From Eledone cirrhosa (lineage: Eukaryota), in contig OZ024742.1 in assembly GCA_964016885.1 (NCBI GenBank), positions 269,390,001 through 269,454,000 on the forward strand: a stretch of 64,000 nucleotides of DNA, given 5' to 3'. How positions within the stretch are numbered: the first letter of the stretch is position 1; each line of letters starts with the position of its first letter. Shown piece by piece: positions 12,722-25,367 of the stretch. Position numbers and translations under genes: made by a program. Under the pieces are notes generated by a model. It had not been told where the DNA came from, made no database searches, and saw only the letters and a program-made list of their open reading frames with translations.

Positions 12722-12895
12722 TTTATTCTGACGACTGAAGACAGACATAACATCTGCCGTCAAGAAGCCGCTGGTAAATGAAATAATTATCTTATGTTGT
12801 TTATTACATAACTATATATATATGTGAGAAAAACCACAGACCCTCCATCTCAACTCACCTTTTGAAAAGCAGAAGAACTGCGAAACCAGTAAAGG
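12722..12895 (+). ncRNA. Two tandem minimal type I hammerhead-like motifs in a Penelope-like terminal repeat remnant
   Basis: 12722-12782: TTTATT-CTGACGA-imperfect stem II-GAAGC-cgctg-GTA-AATGAA. 12858-12895: CCTT-TTGAAAA-GCAG aagaa CTGC-GAAAC-ca-GTA-AAGG, followed by AATAAA. Confidence 0.6.
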
Positions 12896-13026
12896 AACCA
12901 AATAAATATATATATTTTTAAAAAAAATAAGACTCCAGTTGCATTTTCGATTTCATCTCTTCTTCTTTATACTTTCACTCGTGTAGGACACCTCGATTAT
13001 TTTTCATTTTGTAAAAAAAAACTCAC

Positions 13027-13143
<117 letters not shown>

Positions 13144-14799
13144 CATATGTGTGTGAGTTTATATGGATGTGTGTTTGTTTGTGTGCATTTGCGTATATAT
13201 ATATATACGCGTCTCCCTCACTGCCCTCCGGGGAAATGTATTTTCCATCCTGTCGACGAGGACCAAGAGGCGAAGGGTAAGTCAGTTGGTAGTGGAGGAT
13301 AATATTGTGCCTTATATATCTGTCTAGAAATATATCACCACATTTCATATTTACACACTCGGATTTGGTCACTTTGTCGCACATTAACTTCATTATGTTT
13401 GTATTGTTAAAACAGACCCGACAAAACAGAGTGAACACTTATACGTTAGACAGTGAGGAAAACTACTTAGTAAGGGTAGGAAATTGGAATTTCCAAATCT
13501 CGGACCCATGCACCAGTCTCTACAATTCCAATCTGCCATATGTGTGATTGTCTGTGTTTGTGTCTGTGTTTTTGTGTTTGTACATGCGCCTGTATAGGTA
13601 TGCATGCACGTGAGTCTGATATGTTTCCATGCAATTTCGTTCCAATATTTGCATCTGTAATACGGACATGTCCGTATCTTAATATATACGTGCAATGGAA
13701 GAAACCGTATTAGAAGTGTAATATGCAGTTGGGTTAAGCTTGTAATAATAGCTCAAGCTTGAATGGTAAAGATGTCCTATATATAAGTCGTTTCCACGTT
13801 GTCATGAAGTGTTTGAATTTTAAATATAACCTCAGATTATATAACTCGCATTGAGTGTAAAAGATAGACAATCCTACAATAGTAAAGGTATTATTTTCCA
13901 TAGTAAATCGCAGTTTCGCGAAGAAATATCTGATATATATGTTATACGTCAGTCGTATGATATCAGTAATTGGAGCCAGAACTCCCCCTAAAGAATAAAG
14001 TGCAGGCAACCGACATTATTGGTGGAGTCGTGTCTGTGGCTGAATATCCATTCTTAAAATATCAATTACCGACAGCTAGGTGTCTGTTGAATCAATATCT
14101 GATTGGATGGTTTCATATAGAAATATGACAAAACATACTAACGAAATTGAACTCATGACGTTATTAGATCTTAATGCAATACCTTATCTTCTCACCTATC
14201 ACCCCCCACGGAGAACTTCATAATATTTAAATACCACCTGTCAGCAACGTCCGTTCTATTCCTATCATTATATTGTATAATGGCAAAGAATATAGAATTA
14301 TTGACAGCCTGTCCATTTATTTAGCTGTGCATGAGAAAGAAAAATCTAAATAAACTGACACAATTCCTATGTAATTTTTTTCGATTTTCTATGTTGTTTT
14401 GTTGAATTATTTTATGTAGTTTCAATACACCGTATTAACAGCAATGAATATTTGATAAAATTCAACATTAATATTCCCATTGCTCTTATCTTTGCAATTG
14501 TTCATCGTGTTTTTCTTCATATAATCAAGTTTTTCTATTTTTTGAAAATGTTTTCTAAATGAAATTTAGAAATGTTGATTGTTGATCTTATTGTAATCAT
14601 TTCTCTTGCCATTGTTATTGTTTATTTTATATTATACGCCTTTGTTCCTCAGTTGGTAATTTAAAATATTTTCATTTATGTCTCTTTAAATATTTATCTT
14701 AAGTCGGCAGTATCCAGTTAAACGATCAAGCAATTCAGCAACCAAAAACAAATTAGAAATAAAAATAATAACAATAATAATAATAATAATAACAATAAT

Positions 14800-15978
14800 A
14801 TTTTCTATATTGACCACAAGGGTTTGCCTAAGGTAAAACATTAAGGACAGCACAGGACGGTACATGACGGTGCAACTGGGCATTTCTGCGTGTAAAGGAA
14901 AAAACAAAGATAATGACAAAAAAGGAAACAAAACAAAAGAAAATTTCCAAATAGGGGGGCATCCGCGGGATACTCGTGGGAAAACCCCCACGAGTATCCC
15001 GCGGATGCCACCACCCCCCCTATTTGGAAATTTTCTTTTGTTTCTTTTTTTGTCATTTTCTTTGTTTTTTCCTTTACACGGAGAAATGCCCAGTTGCACC
15101 GTCATGTACCGACCTGTTCTGTCCTTAATGTCATACCTTAGACCAATCTTTGTGGTCAATATAGAAACATTATTATTATTATAATTATTATTGTTAATAA
15201 AGCCACGGTGACCCTGATCACCAGGGCAAGTGCCCTCTCCAACTTTTCCATCTTCAGTTTACAGGCGCATTCTCAGAGCAGGGACATGCTTGTCTATCAC
15301 ACCTATCTTTCAACAAATTGCTGGGAAGAGAGCACTTCCCTCTCCACCCTGATTTTCCTTTTCAAATGAAATTTTAAAAATTTAATCAGGGCATCACCGA
15401 AGAGGTATGTGCTCGTTTTCAACCCTTTCAAACGCGTCCACCACACAATCTTGTGCGCCATGGCCACCAGGCAGATAAAATCTGCCTGTACTTCCTGATA
15501 AAAGGAAGGCGGCGGTGCAATCCTCACGATGGACTCAGCTGATAGCCGGATGCATCCTACACGTGACAGCAGGTGTTCGACATAAACCCACAAGTCAGCA
15601 ATGCTCTGACACTGGACGTGTGCGTGCAAAATGGTTTCGTCGCCCTGCGCACATGCCGGAGAGGCCCGGCAGACGGCACTTCCATGCGTATAGAGTTTAT
15701 CCCGATTTGGCAAAGCTCCTCAGTAGCACTGGCAGGCCAAGGATTTCTGGAAGTTGTCCATAGGCCTCGGCCCGATAGTTCTCCCAAAGAGATTGACTAT
15801 TTGATTTTCGTCTATGCCAAGAGTTTCTCCAATGATGTCAACGCTCTTCCCTCCACTAAACTTCTATAGAACGCCAAGGTGGAGTTTCCACTGATCGCAT
15901 TGCCCGATTGGTCGAGGGTTGTGAGCGCCTGAAGACATTCCAATCTCTAAGCAATCCCTCTTATTCTTCGCTTGACCC
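14800..15978 (-). mobile_element. Tx1-type 3' fragment (diverged) containing an inverted duplication of its own tail
   Basis: ORF 15303-15713 is homologous to the Tx1 ORF2 C-terminus. The 3' UTR abuts (TAA)n at 14764-14799. The palindrome is centred at 14981-14986. Confidence 0.88.
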
Positions 15979-16400
15979 CTTGTCGAAAGTCTCAATGACT
16001 CCTTTATTGTCTTCCCTTGAGCATTTTCCCCTCTTTTTCTTTAGATTTCTTGGTGGTTATCTTGGAGGGCCATCATTTGGAGTAACCTGGTTTTGGGAGG
16101 TCTCCAGCCCGAATAGATGGAAAGGTTTTAACCATTAGCTGATTTTTCGACCCCAGTCTGGTTCCTCTCTGAGGGACGCAGTCTTGTTGACCCGGGTGAT
16201 AGCCGATCCGGTATGAGTTTTTATCATTTGACATATGATTTATTATTATTTTCTTTTTTCGTTTTATCCTTAACCGCCAAGGGGTAATCATTTCGAGTGT
16301 CCTAGGACGAGTGTCAACCAAGCCCGGAGGGGTCTTCCTGCCCTTCAGAGATGGCTCCTCCCAGCCAGGCGCCACCCCGATGTTTCTTGGTGACGGGATA
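15979..16400 (-). mobile_element. Dong family B 5' end (leader and ORF N-terminus)
   Basis: Homologous to 55570-55985: MSNDK..QRGTRLGSKNQLMVKTFPS and the leader motif AAATGATTACCCCTTGGCGG. Confidence 0.85.
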
Positions 16401-16453
16401 TTTTTTTTTAATTGTTATTATTGTTATGAATGATAAGGGCGGTGGATTGGCAG

Positions 16454-19400
16454 CGCCTATGGTGGTGAGTAGGAGGTAGCTCTGGGGCCGAGGACACCAT
16501 AAATTTCCACTGCCAGAGGTACAACCGCAAACCTGTCAAAGAGCGACCTGTATTTGAGGAGCTTGGCCTCCTCAGCCCGACGTGAAGCAGAACCAGGGTT
16601 AGTGTCAGACTGCACCAGATTGCGGTTGCAGAAAATGTCCGTGCAAGTAGCATCCTAGACGAGGGGTTTGCCACCGCGGAACTGGATGATGGACATGCCA
16701 TCTGGCCTTTTACCGTCCCCTCGGTCCAGCTTCACCGGCTCGAGCTGGAACGGGAGCCCGCAGCGTCCAAGCCGTGCTTTATGACCTCGATGAGGGAAGC
16801 ATGGCGTGGAAGGCGGCTGGCACTGTGGCGACGGGAAAGAGGGTGGAGGCCGAAAGAGTCCACGGTGGATCCGCAGCAACATTGGGGTGGCTCACAGATC
16901 CGAAGGCTGAGCCTCAAGGAAACGGCGATGCGCAGGCTATTGTTGCCTAGCAGCGTGCCAGTGGAGAAGGAGAGCAGGGCAAGGAGCCAGGCACCACTGT
17001 GTGGTTTGGAGGCCGCACGAAAAGCAGGCAAGTTGGTGCTGGTCGAGCTGGCGTGTGAGTCTGTCTGAGGCCAGGATGCACTGGATGGCATCCCAAGTGC
17101 TTTGAGGGGACTTGACGTCAACAGGGGGAGAAGGAGGAGGGACGTCTACTGGGATAAGTCCCAGCCGTTCCCACGTCTCACAGGTAGCCCCACGTTCTCT
17201 GAACACAGAGGGTTCTATTGTGTTTTGAAGAACCCTGCTAACGAGGACGAGGCACGAGGTTACTGGCGAAAGATGCGTCGGCAAAGCCAGCGAGATCAGG
17301 GACCGGAGGCCAAGGCTGCCATACCTTACAGGTAAAGTGGCCTGTTGCCATCCAATGTCGTCAAACTTGACGTTGCATATCTCCTCGACTGCTGCTCGGA
17401 TACAAGTATCGAGGTCAGCGAGGAGAGATGTGTGGGTGTAGCACGAAGCGCTGCGGAGGGTGTAGAAGAGCTTCGGCAAGGCGAAGCAGTTCCTCCACAG
17501 AAAGCGAGCTGGGTGGCCGTCGATCAAGCCCAGTCGGCTCGTGAGGGTCTGGAATTGTTGAAGCCTGGACCTGATGGTGGAGCGGATTGCTGGTGGGTGG
17601 ATCATTGACTCGAGGATATCCTCTTTGAGGGTCACCTGTACCTGGTGGAGAAAGGACCGTACGTCCGAGACGGAGGCTGCAAATCTCTCAGCATCGTGGC
17701 TGACATTCACCACCTCCGACTTTGCCGAGTTCACCTGGAGGCCGATTCCCGCCTGGGCAGAACCACCGGTTGTAGGTCATGGAAGACAGTATGTACGGGC
17801 CCGCCCAACGTAGCATCATCCAGATACCAAACGTTGAGAGGGGCCGTGATACTCCGGGTTATGTGGCCTCTACCAAGGCCAAACAGGAGGCGGTCCCAAA
17901 TGGTCGCCCTGTTGGACCCCATTAGGCGAAGTTATGACCGTATCAGAAGCAAGGTGCATGCTCGGGACTCCATACGACAGGTAGGCCAACAGATAGGCAG
18001 AGGGGGCTCGGCTGAGGCAGACATCGAGCAGATGGTCCCGATGCAAGCATTTGAAGGCATTCCTCCTGTCAAGCTTGACAATGAGGTGCCTGGAGTCCCT
18101 GGATGCTGCTTCCGGTGGGCAGCTGTTGAAGAACTTCCTGGTTGCATGTGCGGTTACCTCACACCACCGGACACTCTGACACCCAGTTACCACGGACTGA
18201 ACTCCTCACCCGGTTCGGGTGTTATGGACCTGCAGACCACCTTGGCAGATAGCCTCCGGAAGACATTGCCCACAGCGATGGGGCGTATGCCACCCTCTTT
18301 CTTCCTGAGAGCGGTGAGGTTAGCCGAAAAGAGGCCTCGGGCGTGAGGGTCCAGGGTGCCATGGTTGAGCCTATTGGTGAGCGCCACAATTGCACTCAGA
18401 AGGCGGAGCCCAGCCTCAGCGGAGAGGAGGGATAGCAACTACTTGAGTTGGTCTGGTCGGAGACCATCAGCACCTCCGCTGCTGCTAGCTGGGAAGGACA
18501 TGATGGCAGACATGAATTCTGCGTCGGAAGCCACAAGGAGCAAGTTGGGGTCGGGTGGGGGTATGGGTCTGAGATCAGCAGATGGCTCAGAGTGTTTGAG
18601 TCTCAGGGCAGGCAGGACATCCTCGGTGGGTTGGAGGACAGTGTCCTTTGAGGCAACCACTATGACTGCGGCCGGGACATCACTCATGATTAGTTTAGCT
18701 TTTACGTGGTCACGTAAACGCTTGGCGCTGTCCTCAGGGTTAGAGGATTGGGGGTACCCGAGGGTGGAGTGTTCGGCGTCCCTGGGCACGCTGGGAATGA
18801 GCGTTTGCCCAAAGGACGAAACACTGGCCTTGACGAAGTCTGCTGTCTACCGGCCACCCCAGTCAGCGTGAGAGCTGGGGAGGCCGAGGGCGAGTGGGGC
18901 GAAATAAAAGAGTCGCTCCCATTCGCTGGCTCGATTGGAGTCCAGGGCGCTCTCAATCGAATAAGCGAGGGCATCGGCTACCGGTACCCGGGCCGCTTTC
19001 GGGATCCTGAGTGGGATCTTCCGGAGCCGCCTGAGCCGAGCAATGTTGACCAACGACGCTTGGGCGTCAGGCAAGCTTGCTGTCTCATCTGGTGGTGTGC
19101 CAGACGTTCGTGGCTGGGCAGACGAGGGGAAGAGGCAGTTCCTGCATCTCCACGCCCGCGAGGGCACTGCAAGCTTGATGTGTCAAGCCAACACAGGTGA
19201 GGTGGTGGAAGCAGCCGCACCCTGAACAGTTCCGGCCCCTCTTCCGTCTGTTAGTGGTGCTGCAAGTGCTGCAGGTGTCGGGTTGGGCGGAATGGGGGAT
19301 GGAGCGTGGAGCCGCGGACTGGGGCACCGAGCGGCATCAGGGGTGAGAGGCTGGCTTGTGGGTTGGAGGGAAAGTGCTGGTAAGAGGGCATCATATCTCA

Positions 19401-19690
19401 CCTACATCAGATATAGAGGCGTCAGAGGACAAGAGAGAAAAGAAGGGGTGCGTGGAGGTGGACATACAAGAAAGTAGAATGTTAGCAAATGAATGAGTGA
19501 ATGGATGAAAGTACAAAACAAAACAAACAACAAAAAAAACACACAAAAAACAAGGGGGGGGGGGGTTCCAGCAAAAGACCCATAGTTCAGCAGGCACGCA
19601 TGCGAGCTTGTTAGCAGCTTCTCATAGGATATTGTGGCTGGGAATGAGTCATTCAATCCTGAAAACATGTGTTGTTCTTGTCACCGATGT
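16454..19690 (-). mobile_element. CRE-clade non-LTR retrotransposon (PHD finger, RT, RLE), frameshifted, 3'-truncated; 5' limit approximate
   Basis: SSGGADGLRP, LRKKEGGIRPIAVGNVFRRL, GVQQGDxLG, WYLDDATL, ATLPVRYGSLGLR, C.CG..H..RH and DGKRPDG..GKPLV. N-terminal CxxC..CxxC..HxxC..WxCxxC. Confidence 0.88.
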
Positions 19691-21649
19691 TGGAGTTGGC
19701 TTATTTTTGTTAATGGTAGTGGTAGTGATTGCTTGTGAGATCTTGATGTATACACATATGTGTTGTTGTTGTTAATGTCACAGTTGTTGCCGTTGCCTTC
19801 CTTTTGTTAATGGTGGTGGGGATGAAACTGCTACCAGTTCGGGCTCCCAAGCAGTATGGTGAACCTCGAGTGCCTTCTTTCACCGAAGATGCGGGGTCGT
19901 TGTTATTATCCTGTTGCTGTCGCCTTCTTGATCGGAGATGCGGATCAGTGGCTTTCGGCATCATTTCGCAGCACAACGGCAAATAAATATATTCTCTATT
20001 TTTTGGGGTGGGGCATTTCTTTCTCTCTGTCTAGTCCGATTGAAATTATTTGGCAGTGAATTGGTGGTCGGTTTTGTTTTGTTTTGTTTTATGTTTCCAT
20101 TTGTTTTTATTTATTTCTCTCGCTCTTCTCGTATGTTTCGGTGCGTTAAATTTGTGAGGTTCCTAGCAGTTATTATTTGGGGTTATATTTCCATTCTAGG
20201 ATATATTCCATCAAAACAGCACATACTGCTTCCCAGCATCATGGATTAAACTGTGAGTTAATGCTGCGAATGTTTGACTATTGGGTAATCAGATAATCCA
20301 AGCGTAAAATCATCATCTAGATATGGATAGAGTCTAGTGGATTTGAGAATGTATTAGAAGTGATGAAGCAGCGTGGTAAATGTTTAAGATAAACATTTAT
20401 TAACTCAAGAGGGTTGGTATCGGATGCAGGCATATTCCCTTCATCAATGATTCAACATCTTTGTGGATTCCGCGTGTTTAGTTACGTATGGCGAACTATA
20501 ATGTTTAATAATTCGCGACTAGTATAATAGCTCTGTACGGCTCTCATTCAATGGGATGAAAAGGTCTGTAAATGGGTATGCTTGCTCCAAGGAATAATAG
20601 CATACCACATACATATATACACATATATGTATGCTCACGTACATATGTGTGTCAATATGTCAAATACACACATGTGTGTGTATATCCGTGTGGGGGGCAA
20701 CACGTGTTGGTTTGCTTTTATTTTTTATTTCTTCTCTCTTTCTAATCCGATTAAAAAAAAATGATTTGGCATGAATTATGGTGGGATTTTTTTTCCCCCT
20801 TCCTTTAATTTTGTTTCTTTCTCTCGCACTTCACGTATATTATGGTGCGTTATATTTGTCAGGTTTATATCAATGGTTAATAGCATTTATTAGTTGCGGT
20901 TATGTTTCCATTCTAGGGTGTATTCCATCATAGCAGCACATTCTGATTCCAGGAATCTAGAATTAGACAGTGAATTAATGCCGCGAATGTTTCGAACGCA
21001 AAAGTAATGGGTAAACCATGCGTAAGATCATCAATGTATGGTAAACAAATCTTAAATAGATCTAGGAGAATATTTTACGTTAACAGAACATTCAGATATA
21101 GTGGATGTGGAAAAGTTGAAAATGTTTACCTCGTTGGGTGTTGAATTTGTAGTTCCAGAAATGTTTTTTTTCCCACTGCATTGTTGTGTTTGTTTCATAT
21201 TTTTGTTAGTTATTTTTTCCATTTGTTCTGCTTTGTGGTTCGTTACTTATATTTAATATACAGGTTGACAACCTACCTTAATATTTGAACTAAACGTTTT
21301 GAGAAAAAATGAGATACAATAATAATTATTATTATCGTGCTGGGATTGGTGGTAGTGGAGGTAGTGAAATGGCCGTCCTTTGGCTGTTGTATTTAGTGTA
21401 AGCAGACAGGTTTTCTTCCATTTGTAACCATTTTCTTTTTTGAGCATAAAATATCTAATACAAAATTAAATATTTGAGCCATATACCGGGGTATTATGGG
21501 ATTTCACAATCTGAGAGTTAGGCCTTATGTCGCATTTGCAATAGGAATGTTTATACAATTGTTTTAAATATGTAAAAAAGCAAAAACTTACGGAAGTGAA
21601 TCCATAACAATATATCTACCACTTGCGTCTTCCCTGAAAACAGTAACAA

Positions 21650-24600
21650 ACAAGATAATATACGAAGAAACAGGGTTAAGAAATTACAAACTGACGTAGA
21701 AATTGATCACAAAGTCAGCGAAGGCAAAATGAAACATGTGTCAGTGAAAACAAAGTAAATTGTAACACCTTAAATCCAAGGGTCGGGGCGGAATCACTGA
21801 CAGCAGAACACATTAATGAAAGGATCGAAAAAGTGGAACGAGATGAAACTTAAAATGAAAACAATGAGGAGATCATCATTGATAATGAAATTAATGCGAA
21901 TGAACTCGTCAATTTGAAGAATGAAATTATGATCGAATTGATGAAAATGAAAGAATCTGAGATGGAGGAACGAGACACTCTCCCTAAGATCCAGAACTCC
22001 AAAGAGAAGCATATGGTAATACGTTTGACCCGGATAGCTGACAAAGACATTATCACTACAAATAAACTAAACATTACTGATCTAAGTCATCTCTACAATG
22101 CATCGGCTAAAGTCACCACCACTTATATGGAGTGAAAATGAAAAAATAACCTACTTGCAAGAAAACATCAATCGCCAAATAAATCTTCTCCGATCTGACA
22201 TAGACATTTTAAGAAACTACAAAATAGGTTAAACAAGCTAAACTCAGAAAATTGAAAAGAAAATACAGTATAAAACCAACAAGCGAAATAGACATGATGA
22301 TAGAAACACTAAAGCAAAAGGTGTCCGCCAATGCTGCTCGTATAAGGCGCTTTGAAAAACGATCTAGATTCTAGAATGACAATAATGTGTTCAAAAGCAA
22401 CCAAAAAAACTTCTACAGAAAAATTGGCAAGTCAACAATAACTGCTAAATCAAGACCATCTAAGGAGGAAGTACAAGAATCCTGGAAAAATATTTTGGGC
22501 CAAGAATATGTTCATAATATACATGCCCCGTGGATAGACAGAAATGAAAGATACAGCTCACTTTGAAGAACAAAGATGGACAGATATAGCAGTTGAAAAT
22601 CTGCGTTTATCTCTTAGAAAATGCAGCAAATGGAAACTCCCAGGGAAAGAAAAATACCAAATATTTTGATAAATGATTTCACAGAGTCTCACGAACTCTT
22701 AGACCAAGTTTACAATGAAATGGTTAAGGAACCAGAAAAGATACCATCATGGCTAGTTAGTTCTGAAAATGTTGAGACAAATAATCCAAAAAATTACTGA
22801 CCGATAACTTACAATGTATAAATGTGAATATCAATCCTAACTGAATATATATATGATCACTTGATAACGAATTATCTATTTACCAATGAGTAGAAAGGAT
22901 GTAAACGAGGCTCATATGGCTGTAAGGATCAGCTTTTGATAAAAAAAAATGATACTGGAAGATTATCATAATAGAAACAAAAAGCTATCAATTCCTTGGA
23001 TAGAATACAAAACGTGCATTTGATAGTTTGCCATACAGTTGGATTGAAAAGTGTTTAAAGATTTTTAAAATATCTCCCGTTGTCAGGAGGTTCCTGTCAT
23101 TCAGTATGAAGACATAGAAACGAGACTCATTTTGAATAGTGAAAATAAATCACTGGAAGTTGGAGAAGTTAATATTAATTGTGGAATTTTTCAGGGTCAC
23201 TCTTTATCGCCGCTTTTATTCTGCATCGCACTTATACAATTAAGTTAAATGCTCAATGAAACAAGGCATGGATATAAAGTCTATGACCAATTCCTTAATC
23301 ACTTGTTCTACGTGGGTAACCGGAAACTCTTTGCAAGAAAATTATGAGCAAGGACTATGTCCACTGTGAATCAGTGCAGTGATGATATTGAAATTGAGTT
23401 TGGACTAGATAAATGGGCCAAAGCCAAGTTCACCAGAGCAAAGCTGCTGAGAAGTCCAGACATTAATCTTAATCGGGGGAATGTGATAAGAGAACTTAAT
23501 CAAGAAGATACGTATGAATATTTAGATGTTTGTGAAGGAAACGGAATCAAGCACTCGACATAAGGGCAAGAGTAAAGAAGGAATGTTTCCGCAGAGTAAA
23601 GGAAATCTAAAGAACGGAGTTGAATGCAAGGAATAAGATCGGTGCCATAAACACACTTGCCATCCCAGTAGTAACCTACAGTTTCAATGTAGGTTACTAC
23701 ATCAACTGCTCAAGCATAACGAACCGTAGGCTCGATATAAAAATTAGAAAATTCTTAACTTTGCCCAGAATGCATCACCCTAAGACAGATAGTGATAGAA
23801 TATATCTTCCTAGGAAAGAAGGAGGTCATGGATTAATCCAGTTAGTCATTGCTTTGAAAACTGCAACAATTGGATTATTTACATATCTAAGGGAGACACA
23901 TGATTAGATAATCAAACTCGTTTTGAAACATGAAAGCATCAAATGATTATATTCCATTACAAAAGATGCACAAAGATATATTAATCAACCACCACATCTC
24001 AATTTTGAGGAACTTTGGCGTCCACACCGACCGAAAAATACATGCAAATAGACCCGATTTTAAAAGGAGGGTATGCCTGCTAATTAACAAGAAAGTATAC
24101 ATAAAAACATTTGAAAATTTGAGCAAGTATCAAGACCGGGAAATAGAGATTGGAAAAATGTGGAAGTGGAGAACTAAAACAATACCAATGGTTGTTGGTG
24201 CTCTATGAATGATACCAAAGGGGTCTAATGATTACTTATCCCAAATCCCAGGAAACCCGCTTATAGAAGAAATATAAAAGTCTAGCAGTGGTACTCGGCG
24301 TTGTACGGGATAAGTTATTTTGGAACGCGGGCCGCCAACAGACCTAATCGTGGAAAAAGTGCATGCCTGGACAATATGTAAAGAAAATAAACCGAATACT
24401 CTGATGGCTGGATAATCTTGAAGATTTTACTCGATGAAGCAGGAAAAATGCAGGTTTACACCTAATGCTGGCCCTAAGGAATCAAGAAAATGAATTTATT
24501 TATGTGCACGATATGCCTTGAAATTTCAGGAAAATTGGTTAGAGGTAACGCCCCAGAAAGGCCTTAAATGCGGACCATAGGCCATAAAAAAGTTGGATTC

Positions 24601-25309
24601 TCTTCGCTCACGCTATGAGGAAAAGACTGTCTAATACATAGTTACAATTTCAAGGAAATCTGTCTGACGTAACACCTAAAAAAACCCCTAAAACTTGAAT
24701 TTTTCATGTACATTACACTCCCTCAAACATACGTAATACATATGTAAAGTTTGAAAAAAGTCGGTTGGGTATTTCTCGAGTTTTAGGGATTCAAACTCAC
24801 ATACTGACACAAACACGCACATACAGGCATACTCAAGGATGTGACGTAATGCAGACAGCCAGACATACAGTCAGATATTATAAGGGCGAGACGTTATATG
24901 TATGTATATATCTAAAAAGAGAAAGACTAAGAATTATAGAGAGAGATCGCTAAATCGCCTAATACGGTCGCTAGGTCATTGAACATTTGACATTTTGTTT
25001 GCTCAGAACACGTCCAGAAACATAAGTATTACATGTGTGAATTTTGAAAACTGTCGGTTGGGTGTTTCTCGAGTTTTAGGGATTCAAACTCACACACGCA
25101 CAGACATACATCCACAGTTTTATATATATAGATAGTACTAATGGGAAATGCCCATATACTAAGGAAGATTCTGTCAATATGAATACATCACAAGTCTAAA
25201 CATCTGAAAATACATGTATGTGTGCAAGTGTAGTTTCTTGAACATGGCAGACCTTGATGTCTCTTGTGGTCACTGGTTGTGACTTGGTGATAACTCGTAT
25301 GAACATAAA

Positions 25310-25310
<1 letters not shown>
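21650..25310 (+). mobile_element. Dong family B, heavily degenerate, interrupted by a Helitron
   Basis: Collinear with 56070-59315. Motifs GCKRGSYGCKDQLLI, GIFQG and HANRPD. The 3' UTR ends in (TAA)n at 25311. Confidence 0.88.
24282..25132 (-). mobile_element. Non-autonomous Helitron
   Basis: Minus strand starts TCTATATATATAAAA and ends CTAG, with an imperfect GC hairpin just before the end. No TSD. The Dong sequence resumes in register (compare AAAAGATAGTACTAATGGG near 59115). Confidence 0.8.

Positions 25311-25365
<55 letters not shown>
25311..25365. repeat. (TAA)n between Dong B 3' end and Tx1 3' end
   Basis: Directly visible. Confidence 0.98.

Positions 25366-25367
<2 letters not shown>

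Noticed and set aside
13205-13285. Possible small host exon ending in GGTAAGT
   Set aside because: No convincing acceptor, no recognisable peptide and no partner exons.
13734-14690. AT-rich unique sequence with a hydrophobic 91-aa ORF (possible membrane-protein relic); similar hint at 4140-4450
   Set aside because: No diagnostic motif and many stops. It cannot be supported without a database search.
17645-19200. Long plus-strand ORFs over the CRE element, and V/G-rich ORFs opposite Tx1 ORF1
   Set aside because: They are antisense shadows of GC-rich or low-complexity TE coding sequence.
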